DNA from: Tubiluchus corallicola
Lineage: Eukaryota; Animalia; Priapulida
Reading direction: 5' to 3'
DNA: 64,000 nt
Assembly (NCBI GenBank): GCA_030141605.1
Contig: JAQGDQ010000259.1
Coordinates: forward strand, 257,359-321,358
Below, piece after piece: positions 24,256-39,200 of the stretch; position 1 is the first letter of the stretch; every line of letters starts with the position of its first letter. The position numbers were made by a program, and so were the translations under genes. The notes under the pieces were generated by a model. It saw only the letters and a list, made by a program, of their open reading frames with translations, had not been told where the DNA came from and did no database searches.

Positions 24256-27200
24256 TCAATATCTATAAAGTAAACTCATTGCCTCTGCTGCTTTAATTTT
24301 CACGTCAGCTTCCGGATCTTTTAACATCAGAATTAAGGCTGAAAAACAATGGTGCATTAATAATTGGTAACTGCTATAATCAAGCGGGCACCTTTCTTTT
24401 AGTTTTACGTAAATTGCATTATAAATGATTCACTTTTTGTTAACAGTTGCACGAAACAATAAAAACTAAAAGCATTTTCCAAAAAAAAGTTTATTTTAAC
24501 AAAGTTTAATCTATGCAAAGACTGTTCATTTCTTATCGTTTTCACTGCAGCAATGTTGGCTTCAATCAAACATGTGCACTTGAAATAGAAAGAAAAAATA
24601 AAAAGCATTGTGTGTAGATAGACTTACCACCACAGACGTGTTCTTTGGATATGGATTGCTGCCGTTCCTGTGGCAAATTGCCTAATAAAAATCCTGCAAA
24701 CAGCAAGACAAAACGTTAATTAAATTTGAGATCGAGAGCAATAAAACACATTTTTATTTGGACTTTGTTTTATCAAATACTAACTGACATGGCTGCACAT
24801 TAGCAACAAATGTAAGTCCGAGATAAAAACATATTTTACAACTAGCAAGATTAAAAGGTTATTCATTTTAAAACTTATCGAGATGCGGCAATTACACAGA
24901 ACATATGATTCCTCAATTTCTATGGCATCAGATACTAGACTCAGATAACATGATCCTCAGTTAACTGTTGCTTGCTGTTACACCTTACTCAGCATAATTA
25001 TTGGTATATTTTCTGAGTTGCACTGTTTTTACAGCTAAAGTCAAAAATCAATGAGAATTTTCTCTTCTAGAAATAATACTGAGAAAGACAATGTGAGAAT
25101 GGAAAAGCTATAAAATAATGCTTCCTAGCAAGGAGTTGGTTTTCTATCAAACTCAACGAAATTTTCCGTTCAGTTACAATTACAAAAATGTTTTCTGATT
25201 TTAGTTCTATTTTGAAATGTTGCGTTACCCACAACAGTACATACCTGTAAACATGGCAGCATTGGCTCGTATTTCTGACCAAGAGCTTTTGAAAAAGGCT
25301 AAATTTCCTATGACATAGAAATTTAACTTTTCCGGAAAATCACAGATCTATATAATGTAGTAAAATGAGGTTTTCATCAACAACATAGTAGAAGTAAACT
25401 GTAACAAGTAATAATTAAAACAGCAGTGACTATGTAAAAATTAGCCTATTATTTCTATTGTCATCAGCTTAAAACAGTTATACAGTGTAGTGATTACTTT
25501 AAATAATTTAGAAATGGTGTAGCAATAATCAACTGGCTTACATGAAACTAAAAGCGTTAATTATACAATTTAAAATCTTTTAAGACAGGTATGGTAAAAA
25601 TGAGATAAAATGAAAACTGAGCCTGGATTTGAACTAGAGAGCTTTAAGTAACGAGTTCAATATCTTCAATTTCCTTATAATTTTTAATTCGTCATAAGTA
25701 TCTTGTGCTCTAGTTCCGAAAGAAATTTAATGTTGTTAATGTTTAATTAATGAAAACAGTGAGTAACTTTTAATTTACCAAAACTTTAGACAAGTCGTTC
25801 ATGAATTCTCCATAATGCAAGTTTGCGTCATCGAGTAAATGCTTCTGGAACATCTCATTCAACTGTTCAGAACCGACAAGTGGACCAAGCAATTTCAATG
25901 CATACTTGCATGCCTGTTTAATAAAAAAAGTGTATTAATACTTGGTTGCAAAGTAAAAATCAAATAAAAATGGTTGTTACAATTTATTTATTTAATCAGT
26001 TAAAATTATTACACATTACACATAAATTTGCACAGACTTATAAAAATACATTCTACATATAAAACTATAAGATTACAATAAAAGCACTCAAGAAAAGGAG
26101 AGGATGGAGTAAAAACTTATACTCTTTCTCCTTTTACTTGTCATTATTTTATCTGCAAAACTCATTTTTGACATTACTATCTACAGTTATAGATTATACT
26201 TTGCATCACACACAATTACATTGTCACCCAAATAAAGGCAAAATTTGATAAACACTGATTTACATTTACTTTCTCTCAGGAAGGCGTCCAGTATTCAATA
26301 ATAATTAATTGCAACAGTGTTTAATAATTAACAATAATGAACACTGTTCCACCAACTAGAGTAAAATAAGAATTTGCTTAATTAACCAAGCATTTAATTT
26401 CCAAGTGAAAAAAAGTGAAACAACCACCATTCAGGTGAATATCAGATGCAGCATCGTGCTCAACCATCACTCACAAACTTCTGTAAATTCACTAACAAGA
26501 CAACAACTAAGGCCACAGCTTCCACTGACAAATGCAAACAATACAACTAATATTGAAAACCTTAACCACGTCTTCTTCATTGTCATTCAAGTGTAGCAAA
26601 AGACTGACTATATTAGCATGAATCTGCTCTAGAAATGGTTCTCTGGACGGCCCGTCTGCAAACCGAGACAGATTTCCAAATAATCGGAATGCCTCCACTC
26701 TCACTTCAGGCCTCTCCTGTAAATGATAAAAATGGCAGTTTGGTGCAGAAATGAATCTTAATCACAAGAGTCTGAATGATAATGAACAAATTATAACTAT
26801 AAAGAAATGACAAGATACAATGTTTCAGTCCATCAATGTGATCCATATCAAGTGAAAGAAAAAATTCACAAAAAATCAATAAAATTTATTTTTTATTTTA
26901 TAACAACCACTCATCAGTAACAAACCACAACATACAACACAGAAAAGATTGCTATATTAACAACATGAATTTGACAATCCCCCAGCAGCAGTTTCCTTTC
27001 CGACTTTTTTCTGTTTAGCACACCATAAACAGATTATCACGAAGAATAAACTTTAGTTTTAAGTTTATAAAGCAACCAGTTACTACTCATTCTGCTTCTG
27101 GTTATTGTGATTAATACCATTTTGAGCTTTCTGTTTGTTTCGGTGCTGGGAATTCTGTGTTATTGTGATTTTTATAAAATCTAAACAAATTATGTTTTAG

Positions 27201-30200
27201 TGATCTTTTGGGTATTTTTATTTTTTCCTCTTTTGCTGAAAATAGTTCGAAATTGCAAACACAAATATAATGTTTTTTTCATTGTGAGATTTTCATATTA
27301 TTAAAAATTGCTTTTAAACGATGTATGGCAATCTTAAATGCATGTTTATTAACTGCAATTAAAACTTCCATTGTTCAGTAAATATACTAATTGATGTTAG
27401 ACAATTATTTTACATTATTACTTCCAGAACCACAAATGATTATTAAGTACCTGCAATGTGCCAAATATTAAATGTTCAGTTCCTGTATCCTCTTACCTTC
27501 TCGAAACAAGGACGTATACGTAATGCAATATTGATAAGAATGCTGCGCACATTACACTCGTCAATCCCAGAAAGCACTTTTGACAACCCAGACATAGCTG
27601 CTAGAGTTACATCATCTTCAGTATCTTCCCTATCATCCATACCAGCCATCATGGCAGACAAAACTGTTGTAGAGTACTTATCAGTCTACAGAGGAAGCAA
27701 TTACACGACTATTATTTTCTGACAACTTATGGTATGCTGAGGTGAAAAAGATGTTGTTCATAAGGTGGTAATGGTCATAAGGTAAGCGAAATGGTTTTAA
27801 GGCAATGTTTTTAGGAATAGAGAATTGGTCAGGAAAATCCCTGTAAAACATTTTTTGTATAACTATGATTAAAATCAATAATGCACAAACTTTCCACACA
27901 GTGTTCATTAGCCTCCATGATAGCAAATAATAAGTGCATAATAGTAAGACTATGAGCGAGGTAATAAGCACGTAAGGGGTATAAGATAACCAAAGAATTG
28001 GCAATGCTAATGTGTGTTATAGTTCCCCAGTGATAAATCGTCAAATTTTAACTTGAAACTACACAACTGGTATTTGTTCTTTGGGTCAGGTCTGCTTATA
28101 CAAAAAACTATCTAAGCTTACAAGACTTACATATAATTTTCCATAAGAAAATACATCATTGAACCACCAAAAATAGCATGTGGTCAGTGCCAAAATGACC
28201 CAATGCAGTTACTGTTACGAGTGTGTTTAACTGTTAGTCTATTTACCTGACCACTGCCAGCAGCAGCAATGTTCCCAAGACCACGAATACAGTACATCCG
28301 TACAACTTGAGATGGATCCACAAGCCTCGACATCAAACTGTTCATAAGCACTTCAATAAGTGCTTGATCTACTTTTCCGCAGTGAGCTAGTAACTAGGCA
28401 AAAACAAAATACGTTTCATTGCATTTAAAATACAGTTTATATTACTCGTGTAATCAGCAATAAACATCTGCTAATGGTATAGGTTTTTCTAGAAAGCTGT
28501 TCTTATTAGTTCAAAATCACACAGAAAATCAATAGCTTGTTGTCGGCTAATAAATACTGCTCTTAACCGATAATGGCCACAAATTTTGGAGACACTGCAA
28601 ATGCCAGTTTATCAAAATGCATAAAAGAAGATTTGTGTTGTGATTTGTGATTCTGAATTTGACTATGCTTTCTTGCTAGTAGAATTTACAACGCACGATA
28701 TATATTCGTCACTGAACTTCGGATTTTGACGATACTTCATTCATAACCCATGTGTTTACATTATGTGTGTGTTTGCACTGTATTTAAGTATCTTGATGGC
28801 AAAAATTCTATAAAATTTTTTTCCTTACACGCATTGTATAGTTAATTTTATTCCTGCTGACAAAATTATGTTGAGGTAGTCATCGATTATGTCGAGGTAG
28901 TCATCGACTTATGACGTATGTGACTCTACGACTAGTTCAACATTATGACTCGACATCAATTTAATTAATTAGTTATACAAAACCAAGTATGGCTTATATT
29001 TCCTTCTATTTTTTAAAAGTTAACTTTCAATCCTATCTGTTTCGATAACTTTATCGTAGGCATCGCACGCACACACAACGTCTTGTGTGTAGGGGTACAA
29101 TGCTTTAATATATGAGTCCAACTCACCTTACGACCAATCTGTACGCACATACTATGATCGTAAGTCGACGACTATCTGCATAATGGATAACGGATAGTTT
29201 CAAAGTGCACATCAACAAAGCTTGGCCTGCGTAAGACGGCTCACTAAGTTGCCTTGCATGACAAAAATTAATAATGCCTGGCAATGCAAAACTCTCAGTT
29301 GTCCTGCCATGCAAAAATTAATAATGCTTGTCCCATAAATCAAACATTTTATGACATTTATTCGTGACAATATTCAACGAAAAGCTAAAGTCAACCAAAG
29401 TTTGCAATGAAAATTCAAATTTGAAACATAGATTTTCTTTCTTGTAAAAATGCATCTTTCTCTGATTGATCCTCTTATGCCAATTCTTCTTCTTTCTTTT
29501 CTTTATGTGCTTGTTTTTTAGCAAACAAATCTTGCGTCAATTGCACAGACTCTTTTTATCTGCTTCTTTTCAATACTATAAAACATTAACAACATCATGT
29601 TTTACTTCTGAACTTCGTTTTCTATGTGGGTTACTTTCACAAAAAATTTGAAGCCCAGAGTCAATACTGTATTTAAAAGCTTCATGTAAACATATAACAC
29701 TAATCATTTCTGTTTAGCATGGCTGCAAAATACTTCTAGCATTGCTGTTTTTCCAATAACATGCATGCAACTGAGGTGAACGCAGCTATAATTAATCCAG
29801 TAATATAACATGAGAGATTTCTATCAAAAGAATTTCATCTTTATGCACAAGGAGGAAAACTAGAAATTAGTGAGTGGTCAACAATGAATCATCGTTGCCA
29901 ACATCTGACTACAAAGTAAGGCAAATTATTAATAAAGTGATTTCTATTAATATGCCTTCTTCACAAAATGTGAGCGCAGTAAAACAAACCTTGTTGGCTG
30001 AAAAAATCGTCGTTAAATTAAACATGCATCACCAAGTGAATAAAAGGTGTCAAAAGATCCGCATCGTTAAAATGAATATCGTTAAACCAGAAGTCGTTAA
30101 GTGAGGACTTACTGTATATCAAATCCCACTACGTTTTTATATAACTCACCTCACCCAAAAAGGCAATAGCAACAATTCGCTGTGTTTCATATACGCTGCC

Positions 30201-33200
30201 AAGTGACTGGTTAACAGTAGTGATGACTGAAGTGACAACTTCTGGGTTATGCTCTGCCAATGCCCTAGAAATTTGAGACAAAAATATGTAACATACAATT
30301 ATATATCATGTAATATAAATCACATTGGTATTTGTAAAGCTATAAATAGATGTACCTGGCAAGGTCACAAACTGAAGACGGAAGTTCGGAAACCTTTGAA
30401 AATGATTCCCAGTCTTTATACGCTATATCAGCGAGTATTGCTTCTCCTTTGGTACATCGTAGAAAACTCTGCAAGCTTTCTGTAGCTATTCTGTCAAACA
30501 ATTAAATGCAAAACACTGAAATAAGTCCAAACACGTATCTAATGCAAAACAGTGTAAGATATTGTATGAAATTAACAATTTTTTTATGCAACGTGAAACC
30601 GGATGTTGCAAAAATTCCTTATTATTCTTAAAATTTATTAAAAATCTATATCAATTATAACAGGAACCAAATGAAAATTTGGTGGTTGAGTAAACAATTC
30701 ATGAAAATTTTAGTGGTCCATGTCTTTAACTACTTATTAATAGCAACATTTCTGTAAAGCTGGCTGACACTGATAATTTTGATCCCTTTGCCACTGTTTC
30801 GGTTAATGAATATGGTATGATTTCTACAAATTATTAATCATCACATAATGCTGTATTTAATTATACTGTAAAATAAAGCAAATGGAGCTTATACACATGT
30901 CATGGTGTACTTGTGAAGAAAGCGTAAAAAACAGCAGTAAAAGTGAAATTATAGAATAAAGTAACTAACCAGGTATCTAATCCATCGTGCTGTTGTCATT
31001 ACGAAGCAGGTGCTGACGTGGAAAACGCACCTGCCCATCGACCCACTGAACCGACGAGGCGTTTCCATAGCGACTGTTTTACACATGGTGTTCAACACCA
31101 CTATGCAATGGCTTCGTATGGACAATACCACCACAGTGTAGAGGGGTGGGTCGAAAATAAATTGGCATTTCGCTCCATATCATTGATTCTTGCATTATCA
31201 TTATGTAAAAAGTGAAAGTAAATTACATACTTACTTACCATAGATTAAAAAGTTTAACTAAACTTACTTGTGTGGTTGTACTGCAATTGCTGAACTTCCA
31301 AATAAGGATGATAAGTGCTTTGACTTAGCCTGGCTCTTGCTGCCCTTCTTTCTCGCGATATCATCATCTTTTTCTTCTGGTTGAGGTGGCTTTGTTTCTG
31401 CCATGGCACCCACAGAAAGTAATAATGCAGCAAAAATTCTAGCATATCTGCGCATCACCATTTCGTGAACTCCTTCAGTGTTAAATACTTCTGTGAGTGC
31501 ACATAAAACCTGCAACATCAAAACACAAATAACAATAACACCACAACCAAAAAATTGGCAGTTCTTTCATTTAATACTGCAGCATGTTATTTACTGTAAC
31601 AAGATTTGCAAAATTGTGATACATACTGAGATAAATGCAGACTTTGGAATTAAGTGAAAAGACTTTATACCATTAAGTATTTCACTCATTTCAATAGACT
31701 TGTCTAATGTCTATGTTACAAATAAACTGCAAAATATTATTTAAAAATTAGAATTTTAAAATTTAAAACTTGTGAACAAAAAGTCAAATAATATTTCCAC
31801 ACATTACTGATTTTATTTTTGTACTACCTGTTTTTATGTCAAACCTTGATAAAATAAAATAATATAAAAGATAATTTATAGGATATATTAGAAAAGTTTG
31901 TTTTCACATTAATATCAAGTTGTAACAGTAATGTGAGTGATGATGAAAAGGCAGAGAAAAATACACCGCAAAGCTACAATCGAGATTAATTCATAAATAT
32001 ATGTATTTAGTGGTAAACTTTAAGCCGTTCGCTACAACTTAAAAAATATACAGCAACAGACCACTTGCTAGTCAGCCAATAATAAGTTGTTTTGATTTAC
32101 TCAGTTTTATTAAGGTGTTCAAAGGTACTGCGACAGTACCTACACTGTAATGATATAACAAGGAATGCTTTGAAAACAACTTACACTTAATGGCTGTAAA
32201 TGGGCAACGCGGATTGGCTTTACTTTCTCTTTTTCCCGCTTCTCAATGCTGAGAGGTTTCTCTGTATAAGGTACAGCATGCTCTAAAAATTCTAGCAACC
32301 TGTCAATCATGTCCTGAGCTGTTGTCGAAGCATCACTTGCTAAAACTTGCCAACAATCGTGAATAGATCTAAGGAAGGAAAATAATAAAAAGAGTGACCG
32401 AATTAAACAAGTTTCAAGAGTACATGCGTTCACTAGCAAAAACATCCACAAGTCAGCAATTAAGCTTTTCTAGTTATTCACATATGCTGAACACCCATTT
32501 CATGATTATCACTTTGATACCAAGATTTTTACTCTTGGTTATTTCTTAGATAAGATAATCCATGTTGAAGTTGAGATGCAGGCTGCATACTGAAAAACAT
32601 AACCTTGAGAAAATACATGTTAAAGTTTGCATTGTTTTTTTGTCATAGCAGCCGTACAAAAGCTTTGTTGTTACGGACTTTGCAAGAACACATTGAAGTT
32701 ATGTTTAAATCCTGTGGACGGCTCATCCAGATGAAGATCTGAACTTGGGAAGAGAAAAAACTGCAAGCAAAATGATTGCTATAATAAGCAACTATGGGAG
32801 TTTGGAAATACAGCATTTTTTGCAATTGCAATGGTAGTTTTTAGACACCAGAAGAGGCTAAGGGGTTATAAAATTAAATTTTTAATGCTTTTCAAACAAT
32901 TTCCTGATAATTTGATGCTAGAAGATAAAAGTCCAATATTTAGTGTCTGTTTTTATAAAAGCAAAAAATTGACATTTGAGTGAATTTTTGGTGAATTCTA
33001 CTTTGAAGCATCATAATATAGTTTAAGTATGTCAAAATGTGCACGGCTTTAGTTTGCAAGCACACATATTATCCTTCATTTTTATATTTATCCTTACTTA
33101 TATGGACGGGTTTAGTTTGCAAGCACACATATTATCCTTTATTTTTATATTTATCCTTACTCATACTACTACAAATCTGCTGCATGAATTTTTCTAATTT

Positions 33201-36200
33201 ATTATAACTAACCCTAACCTAATTATTAACTTCATTCTGTTTACCGCATATTAAATAGATTTAGTAACCGAATGATGCTACTAAACCAATTGTTCCTACA
33301 TCTTGAAAGGGTGGCTGATTCGAAAATTTTAATTTTTCACCAGCCTTTTTCCTTTCTGTTAGTTATTTACAGCGTTTCTGTTATTTGATATTGATATTAT
33401 AAGAAAAAATCTCAATCTGAATCTTTATATCAATTTTAGTTGTCTTTAACAGATTACAACAAAAGTGTTATTCTTGAATGTAAACCTATTTTGCTGGAAT
33501 CGCACAAACAAAAAAATCTTAGTGTAATTATGATGTACAACGGGTATGTGCTATTTAGCTACAAAGCAAGCAACTTTATTAATTGTACAAATCAACGTAC
33601 GTGTCAAATGGAATAGGATACTTTAGCAAGCTATTGACAACCTCAAGCAAGTGGTGGTAAGCTAAGCTTCTCACACATCGCAAGGTTCCAATTCTGGTTT
33701 GTGGAAAGCTTATTTCTGACAATTTTAACTTTAGATCTTCTAAAAATGTTTCCACCTAAACAAATAAATATGCTGTTAGCAAATATACTTTTCACAGATT
33801 CTTATCCATGCGTTCCCATGACTTATCCAAAATTCCTGTCTAGCGAAAAAATTAAATATGTGTCATACATCACAGATTGATATTACATTTTCTTGAAAAA
33901 AATGGCCAAAAAACTTAAAAAGCTCTTACTGCATGTCGTGTGTAATGTTTTGCTGCATCACTTATTTAGTCCAAGAAGCTATACTAGTGCTTAAAGAACA
34001 AGATAGTAGAGTAGCTCTAAAAAAATTCACACTGGAGTTTTGAATCTCCATGTGCAATATTCTTATATATAAAACTCACTTTTGCAGTGGCACTACATAA
34101 AACTTGAAAATTTTTATAATGGTCATAAATTTGCAAGTCTATAATGGTAGGTCAAACTACGAAACAACGGCAGGAAATTCTGTTACTACATTTACATTCC
34201 GTAAAAACGGGAAAGAACTGGGGTTGCACTTAATGGTCTTTTCTCACAATTTTTCGTAAGTGGTGAATCGTCGGTCACAGACATCAAACTAGCTTTGTCA
34301 TTTGTGAAAGTTAATTAAATAACTAAGAATAACTCTCTTCTGCTAATCCGAGCCTTTAAAAAATTACGTGATGCTAAATGGCCTTCATTTTTGTAAACAT
34401 TTTGAATCACAATAAAAAAATTTGTTGATTCTTTGATTTGTGTGTTTGGTCCAGCAAGTGTGTAAATGCACTCACCTTAGAAAGTTTTAAATATTTAACA
34501 TTTGGTTTTTATGCATTAAAAAACTGCATTATCTTTGCTATGACCCTGTCTTTAATTTTGTCAGCATTGCTTGTGTGATGTTCTATCTAACTAGTAATAT
34601 AAAGCAGTTTAAACCAAGATGACAGATAAACTATTTTAATTAATAAAAGATAATAATAGTAATAATATACATCAAATTTATGTAGCACCCCAAATATATA
34701 AAAATACTCAATTGTACATCACAACCAAATATTTTACAAAGCCTAAAATAAATCATACACTTACACACACTATAACTTCATAAGAAAGCCTTAAAATGTA
34801 AATTAAAAATCAATAATAAATCTAGTTAGCAAAATGCAGGCAAAATTAAAATCCAATTCAATTACCATAATCTAGATTCTAGATTAATAAGATACGTCTT
34901 GAGCAATTTTTTAAATGTAATTATATTATTGCAACTTCTAATATTCAGTGGAAGGCTGTTCCAAACAGTTGGAGCGGCATGGGAAAAGCCACGCATACCT
35001 AGAGTTTTTGTTTGCGCCCTGGGCACAAGTAGATTTTTATAGCCAGATCTTAAGTTTCTGGATTGTGTGAAAACACTAATCAGTCCTGCAAAATAGCACA
35101 AAGCTTGGCCAAGTTAACATTTAAATGCCAGCACAGTAATTGTGAATTTGATTCTAGATTGTACTGGAATCTAGGGCCAGTAATGTTGGAGTTATATACT
35201 CATACGATGCTTAAAAAGTTATAAACAGGGAGTGCTATCAAAGAGGCATTTCTATACCTGTGTATGTAACTCAGATCCTCGTGATTTCAAAACTGTATTC
35301 AACACAACACAAGCACCAGAGCTGCTCTTCTCTTGAGTGTCCAGTAGACCATTCAGTACCGACTGCAGAAATGATGGCAGTTGGTCAACTTGAACTTTCT
35401 TGGCCAACACCTAGAAACACGTGCAGGTAATCATTATTTTCATCACAAGGCAAGAATTCAGCTATAGTAAACTACGTATAACTCGAACACATCGGGATCT
35501 AAGTCAAACATTAAACAACAATTTTTATGAATAATCAAAAATAAAATGACTAGTCCACTTCTAGTGTAGTCTGGGAAGCATGGTTAATAGAATTCGGCAA
35601 TAATAATATTGTGATCTACATTAAACACTTTCTGGTTGTTTAAGCCATGTTTTGTGCAGCACGCTAACCTAAGTTAAGGTAATAAGTAATACAAGAAATC
35701 TTAGTTTTTTTTAAACTAGGAGTTAAAATCGTAACGTGGTGCATACTTTCGAGTAGGATTTCTCACTTAGAAGGCTATTCGAGACTCAAGTTTCAGATAA
35801 GGAGCTGGGTAATTTAAGTTAAACTCCTATAAACTGTACTGGGAATTCGGTTTGAGTTACGTGATAATTTGAGTTACAGATTTCAAGTTACGCAATGCTC
35901 GGTAAAGGGAAAAACAACAATTACCTTTGCTAAGTCATTAACAGTACTGAAAAGAACACTGGCATCATCCTGCACACACCGACTCCTCAGTTCTGACAAA
36001 GCAGAGATTAATGGATCTTCAGTTTCACGTACATTTCCTGCAAAACACAATTAAGTGTACTACTTTTGATCAATTAAATTATACTTAGAAGTACTCAGAA
36101 GAGAAAATAAAAATACATAAAATAATACAAAAAATGTAGGTAAAAGATTTTGGTCAAAGAATGTAGAGTTTACCCGAAATTTACTATTCTATTAAAACAC

Positions 36201-39200
36201 TGGTGCAAAAGAACTGCAGCCTGATACTTTAAAACAAATAGAAAAGGATTTCGTTTTGCAAAAATAAATTTTGCGAATAAGCTTTTCAGACATAAGAGTA
36301 TGGTAAAAAGGTCTTAGAAGCATAAAAATGTGAGCAAAATGTGAAACCATAAAACTAATTGCAGCACACTGTTCCAAGTAGAATTTCACTATAACGCATT
36401 ATTATTAACACAAACTTACATCAACGTGTGTCAATATTATCTGGAATGCAGTGCAACAAATAGCAAATAAAAGTTCATCATCAACTACGTTATTCAACAA
36501 ATCCAACTGCAGCAATATAAAACCCCAAAACTGTCCACCATGTCAGTAATTTTCTGAAGTGCAATAGATAATGACAGAGGCCAAATCACATACCTATGTA
36601 TACAATGCATTTATTTTGATACTAAAAATCGTAAAGCAATACCTTGGTACAGGGAATTGATCTGTAAAAGATACTGAATGCAGTCAATGGCTGACTGTCG
36701 AACAGATATAGTAGGATCACTCACTCTTGGTACAAACAAGCCCAGCAGCCTACCATGCTCACCAAAAATGGTTGACTTCTAAATGATATAAGAAATGCAT
36801 TAAATTACGTTACAGCAGATGGTGACTTTACAGCAATAAATAATCCTGATTATATGGAAAAGTAAATGGAAACTTTTAAAAGTTTAAACATTAAAATAGT
36901 TCTCCAATTTCTATTAGTTGTTTACAACAAGCCGGCTGGAGAGATAGCGCTCAACGACTCAGACAGACAGACAGACAGAAATTCTAAGCTTTGCCACAGA
37001 CATCTCTTGGATAATAATCCGAAGTACTTCAGGACCGATTTCCATCTTCATTACTGAAGCAATTTTGGAGAAGACAGATTTCAAAACCTAAAAGGTACCA
37101 ATTTTAGAAGTTCTTTCTCTGTTGCTAGGCAATGTGGTCACCACAGTAACCAAGTCTTTCACTGCACAACTAGAGCACAGACCCTACTAGCTGTGCAAGT
37201 TTGGCTGCAATTAAATTGACACTCTACGAAAAGTAGCGCAGACAGACCTGCAGACAGATACAGGCTGAGAATAAGGGTCAACTAAGTTGAACCGTTGAAC
37301 CACATACTGTATGAACATACCCCAACTCCAAATTCAAGCTTTTCGTGGAAAGTTGAGAGAAGAACCAAAACTGATTTAGCAGCACGATCTCTTTCATAGT
37401 ATTCATTTGAACAGAGCCACTGCTCCAGATGCTAAAAAACAGAAAGTGTAAACTTTACAGCATATTTGCAAAAAAAAATAGACAAGAAAACTGCACAAAG
37501 ACCACTAGAGACAATAATTTTATTGAGTTTATTGATATTATCATTTTATTATTTAAGCAATTCATTATAAACAATAAGTTTGCACACTTGAATCACAACA
37601 AATCTGAAGATTTCGAAAGATAGCAATGCCTTGCTAAAGTGTTCATATATATGATTCTTTAAGCATGCAAGCCTTCAATAAAACTATGAAGTTTTCAGTG
37701 GCAACTTTATTTCTGCTAAAGTTAAGATTTCCAAATTATGAAATTAGAGCAAGTTCAACACGAGACCTTCAACAACAAATCATATATCAACTAAAAAAAA
37801 CGTGCACACAAGAATTTGCATGCATCAGCATCAACGTCAGCAGAGAAAAGTGTAGAAGTAGATCACAAACAACAAATAAGCTATTACTAGCTTAAAAAAG
37901 TCCGAAACAGTTGTGGTTGAAAGGTTTTAAGGAAAATTTATCGAAAATGAGTAGCAATGTTTTCAACATCACCAAAACCTATTGTTACACAAAAAATAGG
38001 ATGCGGTTAAGAGAACTTATCATAGAGAATAAAAACCAACTGTACCGTTATAATGTGATTTAGATTAAAAGAGGAAACGTCCTTCAAAAGAAGTTCTTTA
38101 AAAAGCTCATTCAAGTTTGTCAATGTTCTTTGCAACAAATCTGCACGTTCAGAATCTTCAATCTGAAACATACAATTAAACTTTGTCAAACAATTAATTT
38201 CTATTAGGAAAAAAACTTACTCCGCAAGTTACTTATACATAATTGTTTTTTATTGAATGTCTTCAAAAAGATGCTGTTAGAATTAACTGACCTTCGGCTT
38301 TAATTTTGACATCGTCATTGTTGTCGTCATCATTGTTGTTGTCATAGTCGTTGTCATCAATATCATATGCTAAGTCAACTGTAGACAATGAGCAGACAGA
38401 ATTTCCAAATAAAAATAGCCTCTGTCCTTAAGATAGAGATTTAATCCAGCAGTAAAAAGCTAGATATTACTATGCCAGTGGCTTGACAGAACCACTTCTT
38501 AGCTATACAGAGCCATACCAAGGTTCCCTTTAGATTATAAGCATTATGAGAAATCTTCAAATACGTAAATCAAGATTAAGAGTAATTTCAATAATTTTGC
38601 AAGCTGTAAGAGTAATTTAAACAATTTTGCAAGCTGTATAAAACCGGCTTAGCTTTATGAAAAATACATATTTGAACTTGGTAGACCGTAAATTAAATTT
38701 GCATTGTACTAATACATTATAACAACATGCTAAAATCATTTCACAGAGCATGACACAAACTAATGACAGGTATAGTTAATTTTCTTAATGAAAAACAAGA
38801 TCTTTTTTATTCAATAACCTGAGCCTCCACCGGTAATGGGTAAACTGCTGCAGCAAACATTTCTATCATATCTGATGTTGCATCATCTCCCAGCTTAGGG
38901 TCCAGTTTTCTAATTTTTCTAGTCAAGAATTATTACAAGGATAAACAAAGCTCACCTTAAATACTCGAAATTCTTTTACAAAGTGCTGTGGTAACAAAGA
39001 TGAATGACACAACAAAATTAAAAAACAAGAAATTACCAAACTGGTAAAACTTTATGAAACTACCACATTTTTCAGACAATAAAAATATCACTTTAAGCTT
39101 AATAAAATTAGTCTATTGTTTAATAAAAAGCCACTCAAGTCAATTTCGATTCAGTTCACTTCAATTTAGGTTTATTATGCAAATACTTCACTTACATTAA

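Noticed and set aside
30965-30983. GGATTAGATACC(TGG) on minus resembles the universal SSU rRNA motif (possible NUMT or bacterial fragment)
   Set aside because: Only ~12-15 nt match; flanks and spacing to the GAAATGC-like motif do not fit SSU rRNA; compatible with chance.
31085-31135. U1 snRNA stem-loop II resemblance (CCATTGCATAGTGG)
   Set aside because: No U1 5' end, Sm site or terminal stem in the right places; the loop is AUUGCAU rather than AUUGCAC.
33208-33222. Telomeric repeat or telomerase template CTAACCCTAACCTAA
   Set aside because: About two units only, no pseudoknot context; common in repeat relics.
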